DNA of 64,000 bases, taken from the NCBI GenBank assembly GCA_963745035.1, contig CAVUVW010000019.1:1-64000 (forward strand). The letters run 5' to 3'. The notes below the pieces were generated by a model. That model was not told where the DNA came from. It made no database searches and worked only from the letters and a program-made list of their open reading frames with translations. Below are positions 50,761 through 61,000 of this stretch, in pieces. How positions within the stretch are numbered: the first letter of the stretch is position 1; each line of letters begins with the position of its first letter. The position numbers were made by a program, and so were the translations under genes. The stretch is from an uncultured delta proteobacterium. Its GTDB lineage: Bacteria > Desulfobacterota > Binatia > UBA9968.

Positions 50761-51734
50761 GCGCGCGGCCCGACTCACTGGTTCACGGCGATCGCGGCAG
50801 GGGCATTCCCGCCGGTCTCAATCTCTGTCTGGCCGGTTTCTACGTCGCGCTCAATGTGTATCAATTCATTTTCCTGCCGCTGCAGCTTTTGCCGGTAAGC
50901 CTGGCCTGGGGCTGGACCTTGCTTCCGGCGGCGCTCCTGACCAACCCGTACTGGAGCCTGATTCACGAGGCGATTCACGACCTGTTCCATCCCAACCGGA
51001 ACGTCAATGGATTTTTCGGGCGGTTGTTGTCGATCCTGTTTGGCGCGCCGTTTCGGATTCTCCGCACCAGCCATCTGGTCCACCATAAGCTCAATCGCCT
51101 GCCCGTCGAGGGGACGGAATACTACGACCGCGCTACCGGCACCAAGGCGCGCGCCGCGCCGGGATATTATTCTCAGATTTTTTTCGGGCTCTATCTCGCC
51201 GAGGCGCTGAGCCCGCTCTATTTTCTTTTGCCCAGGAGCGCGCTGGTGCGGCTGCAGAAGCGGCTGCTGAAGCCGGGCAGCGTGAGCGCCATCCTGATGG
51301 AGAATTGGCTCGGCGCCGCGGCGCTGCGCGAGATTCGCTTCGACGGCTGCCTGGCGATTTTGTGGTTGGCGCTTGCGCTAGCGTGCTACGGCGAACATTG
51401 GCCGCTGCTGGCGGCGCTCTGGCTCGCGCGGGCGTTTCTGATTTCCTTTCTCGACAACGTCTATCACTACGCCACCCCGGTGGGCGATCTGTTCTACGCG
51501 CGCAATCTCTCGCTGCCCGGTGCGTGCGCGAAGCTGCTGCTCCATTTCAACCTGCACGGCGTGCACCACGTCAACCCGGCGATCCCGTGGCGCGATCTGC
51601 CGCGCGCCTTCGACGCGCAGGCGGGAAGATACGAGGGCGATTATTTTGCCGCCGCGCTGCGCCAACTGCGCGGCCCGATCGCGCTCCAGGATCTGCCCGA
51701 AGGCTCGCCTTCGGTTCGCGTGCGGCCGTTCTAG
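50757..51734 (+). CDS. Membrane fatty-acid desaturase-like diiron protein
   Basis: His boxes HEAIH, HLVHH, HGVHH and DNVYHY; TTG start overlapping the lysE stop. Confidence 0.83.
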   Translation: MSARPDSLVHGDRGRGIPAGLNLCLAGFYVALNVYQFIFLPLQLLPVSLAWGWTLLPAALLTNPYWSLIHEAIHDLFHPNRNVNGFFGRLLSILFGAPFRILRTSHLVHHKLNRLPVEGTEYYDRATGTKARAAPGYYSQIFFGLYLAEALSPLYFLLPRSALVRLQKRLLKPGSVSAILMENWLGAAALREIRFDGCLAILWLALALACYGEHWPLLAALWLARAFLISFLDNVYHYATPVGDLFYARNLSLPGACAKLLLHFNLHGVHHVNPAIPWRDLPRAFDAQAGRYEGDYFAAALRQLRGPIALQDLPEGSPSVRVRPF

Positions 51735-51750
51735 GCCAGCAGGCAGACTC

Positions 51751-51782
51751 GGTTCAAATCGTTCAAGCCGTTCAAAACGTTC
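51751..51782 (+). repeat. Short tandem GTTCAANNC 9-mers
   Basis: GGTTCAAATC GTTCAAGCC GTTCAAAAC GTTC between convergent genes. Confidence 0.55.
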
Positions 51783-51794
51783 CGCGGCAGTGAA

Positions 51795-52832
51795 TCATCC
51801 GTCAGGATTGCTTTTTTTAAAGAGCAGGACGGAAAACCACCGGTTGGCGTCGGTCAGGTGGCGCACCGGCGCGAGGCCGAAAAAACCGAGTTGCTCCTGC
51901 AAGCGCTCGGGGTCGAATTTGCGGCTGATCTCCACGAGAATTTTTTCGTCCCGCTGCCAGTGAAAGGCGCGATGCAGCTCGGCGAAGCGGACTTCGTGGG
52001 TCTCGTTGGCGACGGCGTACATTTCGATCTGCTGCCAGTCGCCGTTGTAGCGCGAGTGGTAGCGCATCTTGGCGAGATCGAAATTGCTTCCGAGCAGGCG
52101 ATTGATGTTGGCAAAGACGTTGAGAATGAATTCGGCGGTGACGCCGCGGCTGTCGTTGTAGGCGGCCTCCAGGATTTCCGCCGGCTTGATCCGGTCGACG
52201 CCGAGCAGGAGATAGTCGCGCGGTCCCATGGCCGCCGACAAGGCGCGGAAGAAGCGCGGCAAGTCGCTGTGGTTGAAGTTGCCGATGGTGCTGCCGAGAA
52301 ATACGAACAAGGTCGGCAGGTCCGGATCGATGGCTGCGATTGCTTCTTCGTAACGCGCATGCATGCCGTGAAATTCGATGCGCGGGAAGGCCGCGCGAAC
52401 CGCGTCGCGCGAGGCGAGCAGACCGGCGCGGCTCACGTCGATGGGCGTAAAAATGCTCGGACCGCGCTGGCGCTCCTGCTCGGTCAGAAGATGAACGGTC
52501 TTCTTGCTGAAGCCCGCGCCCAATTCGGCGACACAGCGCACCGGCGCGGCACCGATGATCTCGGCGGCATGCGCTTCGAGAAGCGCGTCTTCGGTGCGCG
52601 TCAGATAGTACTCCGGCAGCGCGCAGATCTGCTCGAAAAGCTCCGAGCCGCGCTGATCGTAGAGGTGGTAGGCTTCGAGCCAGCGCGGCTGGTCCCAGAG
52701 CGTGGACAGAATCGACAGGGACGGCACCGAGTCCATCTCCGCGCCGCGGCGCGCCCAGATGCCGGACTGGGGGGCGGTCCAATTGATGCGCTCGCCCGGG
52801 GCAAAGATCGATGTCGCGGCCGGTTGTGTCAT
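51795..52832 (-). CDS. egtD: Histidine N-alpha-methyltransferase, EgtD-like
   Basis: YD.RGSELFEQI..LPEYYLTRTE, ELGAG..KT, FLGSTIGN, AAYND..GVT, IEM, EISRKF. Confidence 0.85.
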   Translation of the reverse strand: MTQPAATSIFAPGERINWTAPQSGIWARRGAEMDSVPSLSILSTLWDQPRWLEAYHLYDQRGSELFEQICALPEYYLTRTEDALLEAHAAEIIGAAPVRCVAELGAGFSKKTVHLLTEQERQRGPSIFTPIDVSRAGLLASRDAVRAAFPRIEFHGMHARYEEAIAAIDPDLPTLFVFLGSTIGNFNHSDLPRFFRALSAAMGPRDYLLLGVDRIKPAEILEAAYNDSRGVTAEFILNVFANINRLLGSNFDLAKMRYHSRYNGDWQQIEMYAVANETHEVRFAELHRAFHWQRDEKILVEISRKFDPERLQEQLGFFGLAPVRHLTDANRWFSVLLFKKSNPDG

Positions 52833-52892
52833 CGGTAGAGAGACTATAAAAGAAAAGGGCCCGGCTTTCGACCCGCGCCGGAAATATTTCCC

Positions 52893-53660
52893 ATGAGCAA
52901 CGACGAGATCGCCGTCGAGTTTCGCGACGTGAGCTTCATTGTCCCCGGCGGCAAGAAGCTCCTCGCTCATCTCGATTTGACGGTACGCCGCGGCGAGACT
53001 CTGGTCTTGCTCGGGCGCAGCGGCTCGGGCAAGACCACGACGATGAAGTTGATCAACCGCCTGATCGATCCGACGGAAGGCGAAGTTCGGATCGAGGGCC
53101 GGGCCAGCGTGGAGTGGGACCCGATCCGGCTGCGCCGGCGCATCGGCTACGTGATCCAGGAAATCGGTCTGTTTCCGCACTTGACAGTGGCGGAGAATAT
53201 CGGCGTCGTGCCGCGGCTCGAAGGCTGGCCGCCGGAGCGCATCCGCGAGCGCGCGCGGGCGCTGCTCCAGATGGTCGGTCTCGATGCCGACCGCTTCGCC
53301 GAACGCATGCCGCGGGAATTGTCCGGCGGCCAGCGCCAGCGCGTCGGCGTGGCGCGCGCGCTCGCGGCGGACCCGCCGTTTATTTTGCTCGACGAGCCCT
53401 TCGGCGCCCTCGATCCGATCACGCGCCGCGAGATTCAACGCGAGTTCCAAACCCTCCAGCGCGAGCTGGGCAAGACGATGATCTTCGTCACCCATGACAT
53501 CGCCGAGGCGTTTCTGCTCGCCAACCGGATCGCGCTGCTCCAGGACGGCGCAATGGTTCTGCTCGGCCCGCCGGAAGATTTGCTGCGCTCGGCGCATCCC
53601 GAAGCGCGCGCCTTCGCCGAGGGTTTTCGCGGCGCGCAAAATTCTCCGAGCGGCGCATGA
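52893..53660 (+). CDS. Quaternary-amine ABC ATPase (OpuA/EgtV-like)
   Basis: GRSGSGKT, IGYVIQ..GLFPH, LSGGQRQRVGVARAL, DEPFGALDP. Confidence 0.92.
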   Translation: MSNDEIAVEFRDVSFIVPGGKKLLAHLDLTVRRGETLVLLGRSGSGKTTTMKLINRLIDPTEGEVRIEGRASVEWDPIRLRRRIGYVIQEIGLFPHLTVAENIGVVPRLEGWPPERIRERARALLQMVGLDADRFAERMPRELSGGQRQRVGVARALAADPPFILLDEPFGALDPITRREIQREFQTLQRELGKTMIFVTHDIAEAFLLANRIALLQDGAMVLLGPPEDLLRSAHPEARAFAEGFRGAQNSPSGA

Positions 53661-55234
53661 CGATCGGCGAATTTCTCGTGCGCCACGGTGGCGAGCTCCT
53701 GGGCCTCACTTTCGAACATTTGCTGCTCGTGCTGGTGTCGACGGGTCTGGCGATCCTCATCGGCGTTCCCCTCGGCATCGTGCTCACCCGCCGGCCTGCG
53801 CTCAGCAAGCCGGTGCTCGGCTTCGCCAACATCATGCAAACCGTGCCGAGCCTGGCGCTGTTCGGCTTTTTGATCCCGCTCAATATTTATTTGTTCAACG
53901 TAAAGATTCTCGGCGGCATCGGCGCGCGCACGGCGATCGTCGCGCTGGTGCTCTACGCGCTGCTGCCGATCATTCGCAATACGTTCATTGGCATCAGCTC
54001 GGTCGATCCGGCGATTCGCGACGCCGGACGCGGCATGGGCATGACCGATCGCCAACTGCTGTTTCAGGTGGAGCTGCCGCTCGCGCTCGGCGTGATCATC
54101 GCCGGAGTGCGCGTCGCGACGGTAATTTGCGTCGGCACGGCGACCATCGCGGCGGCGATCGACGCCGGGGGGCTGGGCCGCTACATTTTTCGCGGTCTGC
54201 GGGCCAACGACAATCTGCTCATCCTCGCCGGCGCACTGCCCGCGGCGCTGATCGCCCTGGGCGCGGACCTCGGTCTGGGCTACGTCGAGCGCACCATGCA
54301 ATTCGCCGGCGCGCGCAAGAGCCGACCAAAAACTTTTCTGTGGCCGAGCCTTGCCGGCGCCCTGGCGCTGCTCGCCGCGGGTTATTTCTTTATCGGTCAC
54401 GGCGGCAGCCGGATTGCCGTCGGCTCCAAGGATTTCAGCGAGCAGGTGATCCTCGGAGAGCTGCTCGCCCAGGCGATCGAAGCGGAGACCGGCTTGGCGG
54501 TGGAGCGGCGCTTCGACCTCGGCGGAAATTTGGCCCATGAGGCGCTCGTCGCCGGAGAAATCGATCTCTATCCGGAATACACCGGAACCGCGCTGCTGGC
54601 GATCTTGAAAAGCCGGCCGCTCAAGGATCCGCAGGAGGTTTACCGCGTGGTGGCGCAAGAGTACGCCAAACGCTTCGATCTCGTCTGGACCGAGCCGTTC
54701 GGGTTCAACAACACCTTCGCGATTTTGGTGCGCGGCGACGATGCGCGCCGGCTCAATCTAAAAACCATCAGCGACGCGGCGCGCGTCTCGGCGCAGTGGC
54801 GCGCCGGCTTCGGCCAGGATTTCATGTCGCGGGCCGACGGCTATCCGGGCTTTGCGAAGACCTACGGCTTTCACTTTCAGGAAATCCGCGAGATGGACCT
54901 TTCGCTCACCTATCGCGCGCTCGCGGAAAAGCAAGTCGATCTGATCGCGGGCAATTCCACCGACGGTTTGATCGCGCGCTACGGTCTGGTGCAGTTGGAA
55001 GACGACCGCAAGTATTTCCCGCCCTACGACGCCGTGCCGGTGGCGCGCCGGGCAACGCTGGAAAAATATCCGAAAACGCGGGCGGTGTTGCAACGGCTCG
55101 GCGGCATCCTCACGGTCGAGGAGATGCGCAAGCTCAACTACGCCGTCGACGGCGAGAAGCGCCAGCCCAAGGACGTGGCCCAGCAGTTCTTGCTGGAGAA
55201 GCGCATCCTCGACGGCTCCGGCGCGGCGCGCTGA
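53657..55234 (+). CDS. Fused ABC permease/substrate-binding protein (OpuBC/EgtU-like)
   Basis: QTVPSLAL, ELPLA, GGLG; binding domain GSKDFSEQ, YPEYTGT, NNTF, RADGY, FPPYD. Confidence 0.9.
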   Translation: MTIGEFLVRHGGELLGLTFEHLLLVLVSTGLAILIGVPLGIVLTRRPALSKPVLGFANIMQTVPSLALFGFLIPLNIYLFNVKILGGIGARTAIVALVLYALLPIIRNTFIGISSVDPAIRDAGRGMGMTDRQLLFQVELPLALGVIIAGVRVATVICVGTATIAAAIDAGGLGRYIFRGLRANDNLLILAGALPAALIALGADLGLGYVERTMQFAGARKSRPKTFLWPSLAGALALLAAGYFFIGHGGSRIAVGSKDFSEQVILGELLAQAIEAETGLAVERRFDLGGNLAHEALVAGEIDLYPEYTGTALLAILKSRPLKDPQEVYRVVAQEYAKRFDLVWTEPFGFNNTFAILVRGDDARRLNLKTISDAARVSAQWRAGFGQDFMSRADGYPGFAKTYGFHFQEIREMDLSLTYRALAEKQVDLIAGNSTDGLIARYGLVQLEDDRKYFPPYDAVPVARRATLEKYPKTRAVLQRLGGILTVEEMRKLNYAVDGEKRQPKDVAQQFLLEKRILDGSGAAR

Positions 55235-55276
55235 TTTTGCTTAGCGCTTTCGCCCGGCAGGGCGTCGTGCTAAGCG

Positions 55277-56587
55277 ATGGGTTGGCTGCACAGATTGCCG
55301 ATCACTCGCACAGGATCTTTTTTCTTGTTTCACCAACTCACCGGACTCTTTTACGGCTGGCGCATGATAGCGGCGGCGGGCGCGCTGCGCGTGCTCGGCG
55401 CGGGACTTCATAGCTTCGGCTTCACGGTGTTTTTCCTGCCGCTCAGCCAGGACCTGAACCTCAATCGAACCTCGACGTCTTTGGCTTTTTCCCTCGCGCG
55501 CGCGGAGGGCGCCATCGAGGGTCCGATCGTCGGGCATCTGCTCGATCGCTACGGCCCGAAACCGGTGATGATCGCCGCGGTGTTGCTGATGGGCGTGGGT
55601 TATTTGCTGCTCTCGCAGGTGAATAGCTACGCGGCCTTTCTGTTTGTCTACTTGGGCGTGATCTCGTTGGCGCACGCAGGCGGATTCATGCACGCGCCAA
55701 TGGTGCTGATCAACACCTGGTTCATCCGCCATCGCGCGCGCGCCATTACCATTAGCAGCGCGGCGTTCGGGATGGGCGGCGTCTTGGTCGCGCCGATTCT
55801 CAGCGTGATCGTGCAGACGTGGGGATGGCGCTGGGGTGCGGCGATCGCCGGCATGCTTTTTCTGCTGCTCGGTATCCCGCTGGCGCTGACCATTCGGCGC
55901 TCGCCTGAGAGTATGGGGTTGGTGCCCGATGGCGACGTCGTACCGGATGTCGAGACCGGCACGGAATCGCCTGCTCCCGCGAATCGTCCCGAAGTCGACG
56001 TCACGGTCGCGGAAGCGCTGCGCTCGTTTGCGTTCTGGGGATCGGTGGTCGCTGCCGGTATTCGCAACGGCTGCTATCACGCGATCTCGGTGCATTTCAT
56101 CCCGCTGATGGTCTGGAAGGGGTTGAGCCAGGCGGAGGCGGCATTTTTATTGGGCGCTTACGCATTTCTCGGCATGGCGACCACCTTGCTCATCGGCTGG
56201 TCTGCCGACCGCATGAACAAACCGCGGCTTACCGCATGGATTCTTTTTATAGCGGCGGCCGCGATGCTCCTACCGATCTTCGGCAATTCATTTCTCGCGC
56301 TGGCGCTGTTCACGATTTTTTTTGCCGCGGTGGAAACCACTTTTCCGCTCGGCTGGGCGATCGTCGGCGACTTGTTCGGGCGCAAGCACTACGCCAAAAT
56401 CCGCGGCTACATGACTCTGTTTTACACGTGGGGCGGAGTCATCGGGCCGGTGCTTGCCGGCGCGATCTTCGACCGCTGGGCAACCTACGAGCCGCTGTTA
56501 TGGTCGCTCATCGGTGTATTCATTCTCGCGGGGGGTTTCTTCGCGGGCTTGAGCCGTACCTGGAAAAGAGCGACGGGCCGGATTTGA
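55277..56587 (+). CDS. MFS transporter
   Basis: Many TM helices; G.LLDRYG, WF.RHR.RA, PESMGL.PDG, DLFGR. Confidence 0.88.
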   Translation: MGWLHRLPITRTGSFFLFHQLTGLFYGWRMIAAAGALRVLGAGLHSFGFTVFFLPLSQDLNLNRTSTSLAFSLARAEGAIEGPIVGHLLDRYGPKPVMIAAVLLMGVGYLLLSQVNSYAAFLFVYLGVISLAHAGGFMHAPMVLINTWFIRHRARAITISSAAFGMGGVLVAPILSVIVQTWGWRWGAAIAGMLFLLLGIPLALTIRRSPESMGLVPDGDVVPDVETGTESPAPANRPEVDVTVAEALRSFAFWGSVVAAGIRNGCYHAISVHFIPLMVWKGLSQAEAAFLLGAYAFLGMATTLLIGWSADRMNKPRLTAWILFIAAAAMLLPIFGNSFLALALFTIFFAAVETTFPLGWAIVGDLFGRKHYAKIRGYMTLFYTWGGVIGPVLAGAIFDRWATYEPLLWSLIGVFILAGGFFAGLSRTWKRATGRI

Positions 56588-56594
56588 GGAGTTT

Positions 56595-56676
56595 ACCGCG
56601 GAGGCGCGGAGAACGCAGAGGGGAGAATTATCGTTACGACATGCTCCGCTCTCTGTGATCTCCGCGTCTCTGCGGT
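56595..56676. repeat. REP-like long inverted repeat
   Basis: ACCGCGGAGGCGCGGAGAACGCAGAG ... CTCTGTGATCTCCGCGTCTCTGCGGT. Confidence 0.7.
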
Positions 56677-56712
56677 CAACGTCGGATTTGTGTAGCGAAG
56701 AAAGGAAAAACG

Positions 56713-57699
56713 ATGGGCAAGCTGCTCATGATGTTGATGATGGTCCTCGCGTTCGCGGCAGATTCCGCCGACGCGCAGAAATTGGATCGGGCGGTCCTCG
56801 CCTTCGGGTCGACCGGACCCAACCTCACACCGTTCTGGGTGGGACGCGATGCCGGTCTCTATCGGCGTTACGGTGTCGACGTCGATGTGGTGTTTTTTCG
56901 CGGCAGCACGATCGCGATCAATGCGCTGGCAACAAGAGACGCGCACTTCGGCGCGTTTGGCGCGAGTTCTTCGGTGCTGGCGAGACTCGGCGGCATGGAT
57001 ACGACCTTGATTGCCACCGCCACACCGGGCTTGCTGTTCTATTTGGTGACACGAAAGGAAATCAAAAACGCCGCCGATCTGAAGGGTAAGCGGATCGGCG
57101 CGAGCCGTCCGGGAACCGATTCGGATCTTGCCGCGCGAGTCGCCGTGCAGAAACTGGGCTTGGCGGAAAAAGACGTCAGCATTCTCAGTATGGGAACCGA
57201 TCAGGAACGGCTCTCGGCGATGACACAGGGCATCGCCGACGCGACGGTGGTCACCATCGGCGGCTACGTGGCGGCCCAGAAACTCGGCTTTCACTCCATC
57301 CTGGATCTTTCGCAATTGAATATTCCCTACGAGGCGGCATCGCTGATTACCACTCGGTCGCTGATCAAGGAGAATCCCGAAATGGTCGGCAAATTCGCCA
57401 GAGGCTTCGTCGCGGCGATTCAATATGCGCAGGCGAACCGCGAATTTACCCTGAAAGTGCTGAGCAAATACATGCGGACTTCCGACCAGGAAGTACTGAA
57501 CGCGAGCTACGACTACTACGTCGGCCGAATCATCCCGCGGACGCCCTACGTCAGCGAAAACGGCTTGCAGGCGGTCATCGACTTCATCCGCCAGCGAAAC
57601 CCGCAGACGCCGCCCGCCAAAGCCCAGGACTTCATGGATAACCGCTTCATCAAGGAGCTCGACGAGAGCGGTTTCATCAAGAGCTTGTACACGAAATAG
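56713..57699 (+). CDS. ABC substrate-binding protein, NMT1/THI5/SsuA-like
   Basis: Signal peptide, DLKGKRIG, ENPE.V..F.RG, DNRFIKELDESGF. Confidence 0.87.
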   Translation: MGKLLMMLMMVLAFAADSADAQKLDRAVLAFGSTGPNLTPFWVGRDAGLYRRYGVDVDVVFFRGSTIAINALATRDAHFGAFGASSSVLARLGGMDTTLIATATPGLLFYLVTRKEIKNAADLKGKRIGASRPGTDSDLAARVAVQKLGLAEKDVSILSMGTDQERLSAMTQGIADATVVTIGGYVAAQKLGFHSILDLSQLNIPYEAASLITTRSLIKENPEMVGKFARGFVAAIQYAQANREFTLKVLSKYMRTSDQEVLNASYDYYVGRIIPRTPYVSENGLQAVIDFIRQRNPQTPPAKAQDFMDNRFIKELDESGFIKSLYTK

Positions 57700-57704
57700 C
57701 TCGG

Positions 57705-59157
57705 CTATGGCTGGCTGTTGCGAATGAGCTGCGCGTAGAAGCGCACGCAGCGCTCGTAGTCGTCAAAGGAAATGCGCTCGTCGACGCCGTGATAGCGTTT
57801 CGCGTCCTCGGGTCCGAGAGCAATCGGCAGAAAGCGGAAGATGTTCGGAGTCAAGGCGGCATAATGGCGCGAATCGGTCGCGGCGACCAGAAGCCCGGGA
57901 GCCACCAGGGCAGCCGGTACGATCTGCCGGATGGTTTTCTGCACGAGTTCGAAAGCGGCGCTGCCGACATCCGACACAGCCGACGCTTCCATCTGCACGG
58001 GAAGCGCGGTCACGGCGATGCGCGGATCGTCGATTGTCCGGCGCACATGCGCGACGGCGCCGGCGATCGAATCGCCGGGCAGGAGCCGCAAATTGACGAC
58101 GGCCGAGGCTTCGGCGGGCAAGACGGTCTCCGCCAGGCCGGCATGAAACAGGATCGGCGCCGAGGTGGTGCGAATCGCGGCGTTGGTGAGCGGCGATTGC
58201 GCCAATCGGTTTCGCACTAGGGGATCGAATAGCCAGAGATTGGCGAGCGCCAGTTTGTTGCTCCAAGACATTTCGGGCCCGAGAAATTCGAGCATTTGCC
58301 GCGTCGCGCCGCTCAGGCGCGAGGGAAACGGCGCGCCGTCGAGGCGTTGCAGCGCGCGGCTCAAGATGCCGATCGACGTTCTCCGCAGGCGGGATCGAGC
58401 TGTGCCCACCGGCCGCTTGCGCCGCTAGACGAAGACTCAGGTAGCCTTTTTCGGCGATGCCGATGAGCGCGACCGGAGAATCTGTCCCAGGCACGATTTC
58501 ATTTAGAATATTCAGTCCCTCGTCGACCACGATCTCGAGGGAAACGCCGCGCGAGCGCAGCAGCTCGGCGATTTTCGCGGCGCCGCGATGGCCGCCTGTC
58601 TCTTCGTCATGGCCGAAAGCGAGATAGACTGTGCGCTTCGGCCGGAATCCCTCGCTGAGTAAATGCTCGACGGACTCGAGGATGGCCAGCATGCTCGCCT
58701 TGTCGTCCATCGCACCGCGCCCCCAGACGTGGCCGCCCGCGAGCGCACCGGAAAACGGCGGATAGCGCCAGCTTTGGTCGTCGGCGGGAACCACGTCCAT
58801 GTGCGCCAGCAGCAGCATCGGCTTGAGCGCACCGTCTGCGCCTTTCCAGGTGTAGAGCAGGCTGTGGCCGCCGACGATTTCTCTAGGGAGTTGTTTGCCG
58901 ACATGCGGGAAGGCTTGATGGAGAAAGTCATGAAGCCGCGTGAACTCGTCGAAGGAGGTCTGCGCCGGATCGTGGTTCGAAACCGTGCGAAACTGGATCG
59001 CGCGCGAGAGCCGCTCGAGGGCCGCGGCGCGATCGAAGCTCATCTGGACGGCGGGCGGCGGCGCGATTTGCCGTGAGCGGAACGCGATGGCACGGGCAGC
59101 CAAGATAACGAGAAGAATGACGAGCAATCCAAGTAGGGCAAAACCGATTCGTTTCAT
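57705..59157 (-). CDS. M20 peptidase (carboxypeptidase S/PM20D1-like), frameshift near 58380
   Basis: AHMDVVP, WGRGAMDDK, GHDEE, DEG, AEKGY, GGHSS.P; then RTT.A, ATDSRHY, HGVDER. Confidence 0.88.
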
Positions 59158-59301
59158 GGCGTTGAACTGCAAGATTCGAGAGGTAGCAAGAGGGCGCGCC
59201 GCCCGCAAGGCGAAATGCCGCGACGATACGCGAATTTGACAATAGGAAGGGCCTCCGCTAATTCTTTTAGAATTCAACGCAAACGCAACGCAGGAGGAAC
59301 G

Positions 59302-60237
59302 ATGAGCGATTTTTACAGCGATTGGCTGGAGCAGTCCAAAGCCAACGAGAAGGCGGTGGGCGAGTCGCCGCGGTTTACCCGATCCAAGGATTTGAAGTGG
59401 GTGCGCACCCCCCAGGATTTCAAAGCCGCGCTGATGATCGCCCCCGAGTTGGGGTTTACCACCGGTGGGAGTTGCATGATGCGGGCAGAGATCCCGGCCA
59501 ACTGGCACACCGGCAAGCATTTCCACGGCGAAGAGGCGATCTACGTCGAGAGCGGCGACGGGTTTATGATCCTCGACGACAAGCGCTACGATTTTCATCC
59601 CGGCACAGTGATTCACATCCCGTATCGCTCCCCGCATCAATTGTTCAATACCGGCAACACGCCCGTGGGCTATATCTCCGGTCTGGCCTGGCATCTCGAA
59701 GCCGCCGTCTACATGGGCAAGCTGGAGCAGCTGGAGGTATGCGGCGAGAACGATCCCAAGAAGATGGCGGTCTTTCCCAAGGAAGAGTCCCAGTACTGGC
59801 CCGAGGACGGCCGGCGCATCACCATGCACCAGAGCCAGCACGTGAAGTCCGACGAGTCCAAGCACGGGGCGACGTATTTTCTGATGGGACGAAGCGGCAA
59901 GGACAATGGATTCAAGGCCACCGGCGTAGCGATCAGCTCAATCTTCGTCGATCTACCCCACACCAAGAGCCACAGCCACGCCCATCCGGAAGCCTATCTC
60001 TACGCGCTCGAAGGCGACGGCTACTCGGAGATCGGCGGCAAGCGTTACGACTGGAATCAGGGGGATGCCATTCACGTACCGCCGGGGATGCTGCATCACC
60101 AGCACTTCAATCCGTTTGATCGCGACATGAAGGAGCTGCGTTTCGAGTTTGGGGTGCGCTACTGGTTCGTCGATCAGTGGAAGGGCTACACCACCATCGA
60201 TAAACACTTGAAGGCGACGACGCACATGATCGATTAG
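59302..60237 (+). CDS. Bicupin protein
   Basis: SD AGGAGG; two cupin motifs HFHGEE..PHQ and HAHPEA..HQH. Confidence 0.85.
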   Translation: MSDFYSDWLEQSKANEKAVGESPRFTRSKDLKWVRTPQDFKAALMIAPELGFTTGGSCMMRAEIPANWHTGKHFHGEEAIYVESGDGFMILDDKRYDFHPGTVIHIPYRSPHQLFNTGNTPVGYISGLAWHLEAAVYMGKLEQLEVCGENDPKKMAVFPKEESQYWPEDGRRITMHQSQHVKSDESKHGATYFLMGRSGKDNGFKATGVAISSIFVDLPHTKSHSHAHPEAYLYALEGDGYSEIGGKRYDWNQGDAIHVPPGMLHHQHFNPFDRDMKELRFEFGVRYWFVDQWKGYTTIDKHLKATTHMID

Positions 60238-60260
60238 CGATTCCTTTTTCTTTCCATGCA

Positions 60261-60294
60261 AAAGCGAGCCGGACGGAAGGTCGGCTCGCTTTTC
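60261..60294. terminator. Possible bidirectional intrinsic terminator
   Basis: AAAAGCGAGCCG-loop-CGGCTCGCTTTT after the cupin gene. Confidence 0.6.
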
Positions 60295-60360
60295 GCATTT
60301 TTGGAGCTTTTCCGCTTAACGATAGAAAAACCGGGAATAAGCTAAGTAACCGCAGGGTTT

Positions 60361-60438
60361 CGTCATACCCGCGAAAGCGGGTATCCAGGCCAATTGGGGC
60401 GAAGAACAAACCTGGATTCCCGCGTACGCGGGAATGAC
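60361..60438. repeat. REP-like palindromic element (GTCATxCCCGC..GCGGGxATCCAG pair)
   Basis: GTCATACCCGCGAAAGCGGGTATCCAGG ... CCTGGATTCCCGCGTACGCGGGAATGAC. Confidence 0.75.
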
Positions 60439-60620
60439 CACTCGCGGGAAAACGTACCGAGGAAAATCCCCGCATTTTTCATTCTCCGTGAGCGAGCGCA
60501 GCTCATGAATCACTTCGTGGTCCATCTTCTTCTTGGTCGCGCTCGATATTTCGCGGTGTCTTCTGAATTCGGCACCAATCTTCTTGCAAGGCGAAACGAT
60601 ATTTTTTATAGAAACAGGTG

Positions 60621-60890
60621 ATGCCAGAGTCGCGCAACATACGAAACGGCGATTCGAAGATGATGCTCGGCTTCATCGTGCGCCGGTGCGCGGCTGACAT
60701 CGGTCACACGCCGACGCCGGACGAATTCGCCAAGTGGGCCAACGGCTATCATCAGCACGGCAAGCGCCTCTGTCTGTTCGGCAGGGAGATTTCGGCGTCG
60801 CACGCGAAAGTCATGTTCAGCCAGCCGGGCCGGCTGGTTTCGGTCAGCGCCGAAGGCATGGCGCGGATCGCGCGCGGAAACGGCCGATAA
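60621..60890 (+). CDS. Small hypothetical protein
   Basis: About 90 aa, LGFIVRRC..GH.PTP.EFA.WAN..LFGR.IS. Confidence 0.55.
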   Translation: MPESRNIRNGDSKMMLGFIVRRCAADIGHTPTPDEFAKWANGYHQHGKRLCLFGREISASHAKVMFSQPGRLVSVSAEGMARIARGNGR

Positions 60891-61000
60891 CATTCCTCGT
60901 CCTCGATCTCATTCAGGTCACGACGACTCCGCCTTCCCGTCGTTGCCCCACATAATCGATCTTGTTATGCTCATTCACACTCTCATTATCCTGACTTCGG

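Noticed and set aside
51795-53639. 614-aa EgtD with an N-terminal extension
   Set aside because: The extension is antisense to the ABC ATPase; the likely start is 52832.
57763-59865. 700-aa ORF
   Set aside because: Composite of antisense cupin sequence, the real M20 N-terminal half and out-of-frame sequence after a frameshift.
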